Source: an uncultured Bacteroidales bacterium (lineage in GTDB: Bacteria > Bacteroidota > Bacteroidia > Bacteroidales > UBA12077). Taken from it: a DNA stretch of 64,000 nt. Shown here piece by piece: positions 57,055-64,000 of this stretch. Numbering within the stretch: position 1 is the stretch's first letter; each line of letters opens with the position of its first letter. The notes under the pieces are model-generated. The model saw only the letters and a list, made by a program, of their open reading frames with translations, searched no databases and had not been told where the DNA came from. Made by a program: the position numbers and the translations under genes. Location: assembly GCA_964606845.1 (NCBI GenBank), contig CAZSIC010000002.1, forward strand, positions 17,609-81,608. The letters run 5' to 3'.

Positions 57055-58716
57055 TTACTTACCGGGGCATTGGTTTTTAACATTTTCTTTAATATTCTTA
57101 TCTCCATATGCTTCATCAAATGCAGCACTGAATTTATTTGCCAAACGGGTAGCTGTTAATTCATAATCTTCTTTTTCAATCCACATATTTACCGGAGTTA
57201 ATATTTTATTAGGGACTCCCGGGCAGGTTTTGGGTACATTCAGATGAAATAATTCATCATATCTGTATTCTACTTTTTCCAAATCGCCATTAAGTGCAGC
57301 ATTAACCATGGCTCTGGTTATTTTAAGGTCTATTCTTTTACCTACGCCAAATACGCCACCAAACCAGCCTGTATTAACCAGGTAAACTTTTGTATTAAAC
57401 TGTTGCATTTTATCTCCCAGCATTGTAGAATAAAACTCAGGGTTTAACGGCATAAATGGTTGTCCGAAGAAACGCGAAAAAGTTGCCTGTGGTTCGGTAA
57501 CACCCGTTTCGGTACCGGCAAGCTTACTGGTATAACCCATTAAGAACCAAAGCCTTGCCTGATCGGGATCAAGCTTTGAAATAGGAGGTAAAACACCATA
57601 AGCATCCGCTGTTAAGAATAAAATAGTTTTAGGATGGCCAGAAACTGAGGATTCTTTAATCTTTTTTAATGATGTTAATAAATAGGATGCTCTAGAATTT
57701 TCTGTGATTCGGGTATCATTAAAATCAAAAATACCATTGGGATAAACCATGGCATTTTCAACAATAGCACCATGATCTAATGGATCGTCCTCATGCATTA
57801 CTGCATCATAAATTTCAGGTTCTTTTTCGGCATTTATATCAATCATTTTAGCATAACAGCCATTTTCAAAATTAAAAATGCCATCATCGCTCCAGCCGTG
57901 TTCATCATCACCAATAAGTAATCTTTCAGGATCAGCCGAAAGGGTAGTTTTTCCTGTTCCGGATAATCCCAGCAATAAGGCCGAATTGCCATTTTTATCT
58001 TCGTTGGCCGAACAATGTAAAGGCAAAACACCTTCAAAAGGCAAATAATAATTCATTACGGTAAACATCAGTTTTTTAACACTACCCAGGTATGCCGAGC
58101 CCACAATTACACCTAATCGCCTGTCATAATCCATAATTACCGCAATATTTGAAGTATCACCATTGGGTAAAATACGTAATAAACTTTTGTATTTAATACT
58201 ATCCAGTTTATCAAAAGGTACGGTTAAAAGCTGAAATCCACGCTCGGCAAAAATACTTTTTTTAATTTCGCAAGGAACCGCACGAAACATGTTATCAGAA
58301 AATAAAGCTGTTAATGCCTGGCTGGTTAAAGTTTTAACGGGTAATGCATACTTTGGGTCGGCTCCAATTACACGGTCGGTAATATAAATTTTTTCTTTTT
58401 TAAGTAAAATATCTAAAGCATCTGAAAATATCATATCAAATACTTCTTCATGAATCGGAATATTGTTTGGCGAAGACCACTCAATATTTTCTTCGCTTTT
58501 TGTTCTTTTAACAATATAAGTGTCTCTCGGGCTCCGTCCGGTTGACTCAGGCGCTGTCCAGGTAGCTAATGCTCCGTTTTTTGAAATTAATGCTTCTCTG
58601 TTTTCTATTACCTGTTTTATTAATTCTTTTCTTTCCAGGTTTACAAGTACATTATCGTGTCCTTCAATAATGTCGATAAGAGATCTGTTAAATGGAGATT
58701 CTAGGGTTTTGCTCAT
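57055..58716 (-). CDS. pckA: Phosphoenolpyruvate carboxykinase (ATP)
   Basis: GLSGTGKTT kinase-1a motif, GDDEHGW, and overall PckA length and pattern. Confidence 0.95.
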   Translation of the reverse strand: MSKTLESPFNRSLIDIIEGHDNVLVNLERKELIKQVIENREALISKNGALATWTAPESTGRSPRDTYIVKRTKSEENIEWSSPNNIPIHEEVFDMIFSDALDILLKKEKIYITDRVIGADPKYALPVKTLTSQALTALFSDNMFRAVPCEIKKSIFAERGFQLLTVPFDKLDSIKYKSLLRILPNGDTSNIAVIMDYDRRLGVIVGSAYLGSVKKLMFTVMNYYLPFEGVLPLHCSANEDKNGNSALLLGLSGTGKTTLSADPERLLIGDDEHGWSDDGIFNFENGCYAKMIDINAEKEPEIYDAVMHEDDPLDHGAIVENAMVYPNGIFDFNDTRITENSRASYLLTSLKKIKESSVSGHPKTILFLTADAYGVLPPISKLDPDQARLWFLMGYTSKLAGTETGVTEPQATFSRFFGQPFMPLNPEFYSTMLGDKMQQFNTKVYLVNTGWFGGVFGVGKRIDLKITRAMVNAALNGDLEKVEYRYDELFHLNVPKTCPGVPNKILTPVNMWIEKEDYELTATRLANKFSAAFDEAYGDKNIKENVKNQCPGK

Positions 58717-58756
58717 AATAATTTAATTGCTGTTGTAACTTTTTTTAATGAAATAC

Positions 58757-58764
58757 CAAAGTTA
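58757..58764 (-). promoter_or_regulatory. -7 box TAacTTTG for pckA
   Basis: The plus-strand sequence caaagtta reads TAACTTTG on the minus strand, 40 nt upstream of the ATG at 58716. Confidence 0.4.
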
Positions 58765-59009
58765 ACAATTTATTAATATTTAAATACACCTTTTTACATA
58801 TTTACCCTTAAAAGCAAAAAATTTATGATGAACTTTACCATTTAATTTTTGTATAATATAATTGTATAAACACCAACAATATAATTAGATTCAATTTAGA
58901 AATTGTTGATTAAATGATAAAAAAGTAGCATTTCTATTTAAAAATATTTATTTTTCACGCTTTATTTGTCCATTAAATATTATTAACAACAATTATTTGG
59001 GAGAAAAAA

Positions 59010-59840
59010 ATGGGATGGTATACACATAAAGAAAAGGAATCAGTAAAACACAAGAAGAAAGATATTTTTGTTAAATGCAAAAAATGTCAGTCACATATTT
59101 ATATTACAGAATGGGCGAAAAATCTAAATGTATGTCCAAACTGTAATTTTCACGGAAGCATCACATCTGCCGAACGAATTAATTTACTTTTTGATCAAGA
59201 TACCTTTCAGGATCTTTTTAACGATATCAGCCCGGTTGATTCATTAGGTTTTAATGACCTAAAAGGTAGTTATAAAGATAAAATTGAAGCCACCAAAACC
59301 AAAACAGGCATTAATGAGGCTGTTATTACAGGAACTGGCAAAGTAGATGGGATAAAAGTTGTGATGGCGATAATGGATTTTAGATTTTTAGGAGGAAGCT
59401 TAGGCAGTGCTACAGGAGAAAAAATTTTACAAGCTGCCAATTATGCCTATGACAATAATCTGCCTTACATTGTAATATCTGCTTCTGGAGGTGCACGAAT
59501 GCAAGAAGGTGCTTTATCGCTCATGCAGATGGCCAAAACATGTGCCGGCGTATCACGATTAAATAAAAAAAATATACCTTTTATTTCTGTGTTAACAAAC
59601 CCTACAACAGGTGGCGTATCTGCCAGTTATGCCATGATGGGTGATGTTAATATCTCTGAGCCAGGAGCCATGATTGGCTTTGCCGGAAGGCGAGTAATTG
59701 AACAAACCATAGGCCAAAAATTACCCGATGATTTTCAAACAGCAGAATATTTACTCGAGCATGGATTTGTTGATTCAATTGTTAACAGAAAAGATTTAAA
59801 AGATTTTTTAAGTAATATATTAAGTTATTACAATAGATAA
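59010..59840 (+). CDS. accD: Acetyl-CoA carboxylase carboxyltransferase beta subunit
   Basis: N-terminal zinc ribbon CKKCQSH...CPNCNFH, then FLGGSLGSATGEK and ASGGARMQEG. Confidence 0.92.
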   Translation: MGWYTHKEKESVKHKKKDIFVKCKKCQSHIYITEWAKNLNVCPNCNFHGSITSAERINLLFDQDTFQDLFNDISPVDSLGFNDLKGSYKDKIEATKTKTGINEAVITGTGKVDGIKVVMAIMDFRFLGGSLGSATGEKILQAANYAYDNNLPYIVISASGGARMQEGALSLMQMAKTCAGVSRLNKKNIPFISVLTNPTTGGVSASYAMMGDVNISEPGAMIGFAGRRVIEQTIGQKLPDDFQTAEYLLEHGFVDSIVNRKDLKDFLSNILSYYNR

Positions 59841-59880
59841 TTGTTATCCTGATTTTCATTGATTTATAATTTTTATAATT

Positions 59881-60750
59881 ATGGGAAAAGAGTTGGAGAA
59901 TATAGTAATTGAAAAAAACGATCATAAACAAAAGTCAAAGAGTAAAACTTTAACTCCCTGGGAGATTGTTCAGGTGAGCCGTCACCCAAAACGGCCAGTT
60001 TTGCAGGACTACCTTTCGCATATTTTTACAAATTTTATTGAATTACACGGTGATCGTTATTTCGCCGACGACAAAGCCATGATTGGAGGTTTTGCACAAA
60101 TCGGCAGCCAAAAAGTAATGGTAATCGGGCATAATAAAGGAAAAACCACCACCGATAATATTGAACGAAACTTTGGGATGGCTAATCCAGACGGATATAG
60201 AAAAGCTTTACGCTTAATGAAATTAGCACAACGTTTTAATGTTCCGGTTATTACATTTATCGATACGCCAGGAGCATTTCCCGGCCTTGAGGCTGAAGAA
60301 CGCGGTCAGGCTGAAGCAATAGCCAAAAACCTAACCGAAATGGCTGCAATAGAAGTACCTATTATTTGCGTAGTTGTAGGCGAAGGTGGAAGCGGCGGTG
60401 CACTTGGTATTGGTGTCGGAGATCAAATATTAATGCTTTCAAATGCTATTTATTCTGTAATTTCACCCGAAGGCTGTGCCTCTATTCTTTGGCGAGATGC
60501 AAAATTTGCTCCTGATGCAGCTGAAGCCCTAAATCTTACAGCTAATGCATTACTAAAACACGGTGTGATTGATGAAATTATAAAAGAACCTGGAGACGGA
60601 GCACATACCGATCATAAAAAAACTACTGAATCAATCAAAGAAGCAATTCTTAAAAACATAAAATCATTACATAAATTAGCAACGGAAGAATTATTACAAA
60701 AAAGATTTGAAAAATTCTCGGCTATGGGAAAATTTTCTGATGGTAAATAA
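59881..60750 (+). CDS. accA: Acetyl-CoA carboxylase carboxyltransferase alpha subunit
   Basis: RHPKRP, FIDTPGAFPG and GEGGSGGALGIGV. Confidence 0.92.
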   Translation: MGKELENIVIEKNDHKQKSKSKTLTPWEIVQVSRHPKRPVLQDYLSHIFTNFIELHGDRYFADDKAMIGGFAQIGSQKVMVIGHNKGKTTTDNIERNFGMANPDGYRKALRLMKLAQRFNVPVITFIDTPGAFPGLEAEERGQAEAIAKNLTEMAAIEVPIICVVVGEGGSGGALGIGVGDQILMLSNAIYSVISPEGCASILWRDAKFAPDAAEALNLTANALLKHGVIDEIIKEPGDGAHTDHKKTTESIKEAILKNIKSLHKLATEELLQKRFEKFSAMGKFSDGK

Positions 60751-60767
60751 ACTAAAATGAAAAAGTT

Positions 60768-62705
60768 ATGGCTAAAGATATATTAAGAATTACAGATACA
60801 ACATTAAGAGACGGACATCAATCATTGTGGGCAACTCGAATGCGTACAGATGATATAATGGGAATTATCGATACCATTGACCAGGTGGGCTATTACTCAC
60901 TGGAAGTATGGGGAGGTGCTACCTTTGATGTATGTTTACGATTTTTGCGTGAAAATCCATGGGAACGTTTAAGGCTGATCAAATCGAAAGCTAAAAATAC
61001 ACCTTTACAAATGTTGCTGCGCGGACAAAATATTGTTGGATATAAAAATTACCCAGACGATTTGGTAGAGCGATTTGTAGAAAAAGCCCATGAAAATGGG
61101 ATTGATATTTTTAGAATATTTGATGCATTAAATGATTCAAGGAATCTACAGGCAGCTATAAAAGCAGTTAAAAAAACCGGTGCTCATGCCCAGGGTACTC
61201 TCTCTTATACCACAAGCCCTGTACATACGATTGAAAAATATGTTAGTGATGCAAAAAAACAAGTAGAACTTGGAATTGATTCATTGTGTATTAAAGATAT
61301 GGCCGGGCTGTTATCCCCTACCAAATCTAAGGAGCTTGTTTCTGCTTTAAAAGAAAATTTTGATATCCCTGTTCAGATTCATTGCCATGCCACCAGCGGG
61401 ATGGCCGACTCGGCCTATTTAGAAGGTGTTAAAGCAGGTGCTGGAGCAGTAGATTGTGCCATTTCTTCCATGGCAGGTTTCTCCTCTCAACCCCCCGTTG
61501 AGACAATCCATGCCATTTTTGAAGAAACTGAATTTGATGTAAACTTAGATTTGGATGCTTTAAGAAAAGTAAATAAATATTTTACAGGCCTAACTCCTAA
61601 AAGAATTAAAGGAAGAGGTTACGAACCTATAATTGATGCTGAAATTCTTGTACATCAAATCCCGGGAGGTATGATTTCAAATTTCCGCTCCCAATTAGAA
61701 CAGCAGGGAGCCATAGAAAAACTTCCCGAAGCACTTGAAGAAGTAACAAAGGTTAGAAAAGATTTAGGCTATCCGCCATTGGTTACACCAACAAGCCAGA
61801 TTGTTGGAACACAAGCTGTAATGAATGTAATTACAGGGCAACGCTATAAAGTTGTTCCACAAGAGGTGCGAAATTATGTAAAAGGAATGTATGGCAGGCC
61901 TCCTGCTCCTATTGACCCTCAGCTAGTTAAAAAAATCCTGGAAAAGGAAAAACCTATTGACCACCGTCCTGCCGATGATTTAAAAGCTATTTTGCCAACA
62001 GCAATAAAAAATATTTCTAATCCGGAATGGATTGAAAATGAAGAAGATATTTTATCTTATTGCTTGTTTCCTGAAGTTTCGGTTGAATATTTTAAATGGA
62101 GGGCATTGCCAGCTGAAAAACGGCCTAAGACTCCTGCTGATTTAGAAATTGAAGAACTGGTATATGTAAAAGAAAAACCAAAAGAAAGAAAAGTAACCTC
62201 AAACCAGTCTGCTGACAGTCCAATGTTACATCCTGAAGATTATGAAGGCATGAATGACCTACTGGAAAAAGCTTCCAGTATGCAATTGAATGAATTGAGC
62301 ATTCGAAAAGGTGATTTTCAATTTACTTTACGTTCAGGCAACGGAAGCGCTCAAGGTCATGTGTTTACTGAGCCTGTTGGTGAACAAAAGAAACCAGAAC
62401 AACCAAAGCAGGAAACAAAAAAACAAGAAACAGAAACTGTAGTTGAAGAAAAAACCGTCGAATATAAAGATACGATCAATGCAGTAATGACCGGTACATT
62501 TTATCAAGCATCCGGTGCTAATAAACCTCCTTTTGTGGAAGAAGGCACTGAAGTTAAAGAAGGTGAAACCATTTGTATTCTTGAAGCCATGAAACTTTTT
62601 AACGAGATTGAAGCTCCATTCAATTGTAAAATTGTTAAAATACTGATTGAAGATGGTACTTTAGTGAAAAAAGACCAGCCAGTTATGGCAGTGGAAAAAC
62701 TATAA
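60768..62705 (+). CDS. Oxaloacetate decarboxylase-alpha/PycB-type (5S) carboxyltransferase fused to an AccB-like biotin carboxyl carrier
   Basis: The N-terminal part has RITDTTLRDGHQS...IKDMAGL...QIHCHATSG (HMGL-like/5S carboxyltransferase). The C-terminal ~150 aa resembles full AccB: LLEKASSMQLNELSIRKGDFQFTLRS, a P/K/E linker, then MTGTFYQASG...ICILEAMKLFNEIEAP. The biotinyl-Lys codon is at 62592-62594. Confidence 0.85.
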   Translation: MAKDILRITDTTLRDGHQSLWATRMRTDDIMGIIDTIDQVGYYSLEVWGGATFDVCLRFLRENPWERLRLIKSKAKNTPLQMLLRGQNIVGYKNYPDDLVERFVEKAHENGIDIFRIFDALNDSRNLQAAIKAVKKTGAHAQGTLSYTTSPVHTIEKYVSDAKKQVELGIDSLCIKDMAGLLSPTKSKELVSALKENFDIPVQIHCHATSGMADSAYLEGVKAGAGAVDCAISSMAGFSSQPPVETIHAIFEETEFDVNLDLDALRKVNKYFTGLTPKRIKGRGYEPIIDAEILVHQIPGGMISNFRSQLEQQGAIEKLPEALEEVTKVRKDLGYPPLVTPTSQIVGTQAVMNVITGQRYKVVPQEVRNYVKGMYGRPPAPIDPQLVKKILEKEKPIDHRPADDLKAILPTAIKNISNPEWIENEEDILSYCLFPEVSVEYFKWRALPAEKRPKTPADLEIEELVYVKEKPKERKVTSNQSADSPMLHPEDYEGMNDLLEKASSMQLNELSIRKGDFQFTLRSGNGSAQGHVFTEPVGEQKKPEQPKQETKKQETETVVEEKTVEYKDTINAVMTGTFYQASGANKPPFVEEGTEVKEGETICILEAMKLFNEIEAPFNCKIVKILIEDGTLVKKDQPVMAVEKL

Positions 62706-62730
62706 CTAAACTATTAAAATTTATCATTAA

Positions 62731-62762
62731 AAAAAGCCGCTTCCATTCCGAAGCGGCTTTTA
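62731..62762. terminator. Bidirectional intrinsic terminator between the 5S-BCCP gene and ppdK
   Basis: A 9-bp stem, AGCCGCTTC (62735-62743) with GAAGCGGCT (62750-62758), flanked by an A-run and a T-run. Confidence 0.75.
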
Positions 62763-62783
62763 TATATCTATCGATTTAATTAT

Positions 62784-64000
62784 TTACCTTAAAGCAGCTT
62801 GTGCAGCAGCCAATCTTGCAATTGGTACTCGATAAGGAGAACATGAAACATAGTTCATACCTACCCTGTAACAGAATTCAACAGAAGTTGGTTCACCACC
62901 ATGCTCACCACAAATACCTACTTTTAATTCCGGACGTGCAGCCCTTCCTCTTTCGGTAGCCATTTCTACAAGTTGTCCAACACCTTCCTGGTCTAGTACC
63001 TGGAATGGATCATGTTTAAGGATTCCTTTCTGCAAGTATATTGGTAAGAATTTACCTGCATCGTCTCGAGAATAGCCAAAGCTCATCTGAGTTAAGTCAT
63101 TGGTTCCGAATGAAAAGAATTCTGCAGTTTTTGCAACTTCACCGGCTGTAAGAGCAGCTCTTGGAATTTCAATCATAGTACCTACCAGATATTCAACCTT
63201 TGCACCTTTTTCTTCGAAAACTTTTTCGGCTGTTGATCTTATAATCTGTTCTTGTAATTCATATTCCTGTGCTGTACCAATTAATGGAACCATAATTTCA
63301 GGTTTCGCATCAACACCCTTTTGCTTAAGGTTTACAGCAGCTTCGATTATTGCACGGGCCTGCATTTCTGTAATTTCAGGATATGTGTTTCCTAAACGAC
63401 AGCCACGGTGACCTAGCATTGGGTTAAACTCGTGTAAAGAATCAACGATTCGTTTTACCTCATCAACAGAAATACCTAATTCATTGGCCATTTCTTTTTG
63501 GTTCTTTTCATCGTGAGGAACAAACTCGTGAAGTGGTGGATCCAATAATCGAATAGTTACTCCGTATCCAGCCATTGCGTCTAAAATACCTTCGAAATCT
63601 TCGCGTTGATAAGGTAATAATTTATCTAAAGCTTTTCTTCTGTCTGCTTCATTTTCGGCAAGAATCATCTCACGCATGGCTTTAATTCTAGATCCTTCGA
63701 AAAACATATGCTCTGTACGGCAAAGACCGATACCATGAGCTCCAAAATTACGAGCTGTTTTGGCATCATTTGGCGTGTCGGCATTGGTACGAACATCCAT
63801 TTTTCTGAACTTGTCAGCCATATCCATAATTTCACCAAAATCACCACTAAGATCAGGATTTTTGGTTTTGATTTTTCCATCATAAACTACACCTGTAGAA
63901 CCATTTAGCGAAATCCAGTCACCTTCTTTATACTCTTTACCATCAATGGTCATTACTCTTGTTCTGTAATTAATAGAGATGGTTCCTGCACCTGAAACAC
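62784..64000 (-). CDS. ppdK: Pyruvate, phosphate dikinase, C-terminal PEP/pyruvate-binding part; the N-terminus lies beyond the right edge
   Basis: [22 protein letters not shown] and GICGEHGG motifs. The frame stays open upstream of the track Met to position 64000 (...[23 protein letters not shown]). Confidence 0.93.
   Translation of the reverse strand, partial: VSGAGTISINYRTRVMTIDGKEYKEGDWISLNGSTGVVYDGKIKTKNPDLSGDFGEIMDMADKFRKMDVRTNADTPNDAKTARNFGAHGIGLCRTEHMFFEGSRIKAMREMILAENEADRRKALDKLLPYQREDFEGILDAMAGYGVTIRLLDPPLHEFVPHDEKNQKEMANELGISVDEVKRIVDSLHEFNPMLGHRGCRLGNTYPEITEMQARAIIEAAVNLKQKGVDAKPEIMVPLIGTAQEYELQEQIIRSTAEKVFEEKGAKVEYLVGTMIEIPRAALTAGEVAKTAEFFSFGTNDLTQMSFGYSRDDAGKFLPIYLQKGILKHDPFQVLDQEGVGQLVEMATERGRAARPELKVGICGEHGGEPTSVEFCYRVGMNYVSCSPYRVPIARLAAAQAALR

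Noticed and set aside
58874-58908. 7-bp dyad CAACAAT...ATTGTTG in the pckA/accD divergent spacer, as a shared operator.
   Set aside because: It is a single short dyad with a 21-nt AT-rich spacer and matches no known regulator motif. The evidence is too weak to call.
1-64000. Search for tRNA, rRNA, tmRNA, RNase P, SRP RNA, common riboswitches (TPP, cobalamin, SAM, fluoride, THF near folP), transposases or integrases, and toxin-antitoxin or defence cassettes.
   Set aside because: I inspected every intergenic gap longer than ~60 nt by eye. I found no cloverleaf-compatible or conserved-core sequences and no mobile-element or defence-type ORFs. A covariance-model scan would be needed to exclude RNAs rigorously.

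Overview
This is a low-GC chromosomal segment that looks Bacteroidota-like. Several genes carry TAnnTTTG -7 promoter boxes, Shine-Dalgarno sequences are almost absent, and several lipoprotein signals are followed by acidic runs. The gene content points to an anaerobic or fermentative lifestyle: a Na+-pumping methylmalonyl-CoA decarboxylase cluster with epimerase, PEP carboxykinase, pyruvate-phosphate dikinase, rubredoxin, and a Fur/PerR-bacterioferritin-peroxiredoxin cluster. I can support about 60 protein genes, most of them housekeeping or envelope functions, including two that run off the window edges and three below the ORF-track cutoff. I did not recognise any rRNA, tRNA, CRISPR array, transposase, integrase or obvious defence genes. 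Four observations stand out. (1) accD-accA is followed by a 5S-type oxaloacetate/pyruvate carboxyltransferase fused to what looks like a whole AccB. No biotin carboxylase is nearby, and pckA and ppdK flank the cluster, so it could be an oxaloacetate:acetyl-CoA transcarboxylase. (2) A 162-nt near-perfect hairpin lies at 14260-14421; its mismatches are mostly G:U on the plus strand. (3) A hairpin-dense, GC-richer spacer at 24011-24291 shares a 13-nt motif with that hairpin. (4) An amidohydrolase gene is interrupted by one in-frame TAA at the start of an A7 run. Other items are a 1554-aa uncharacterised secreted protein in the tpiA-prmA operon and several unusual domain fusions. All functional calls come from motif recognition by eye, and no database search was run.
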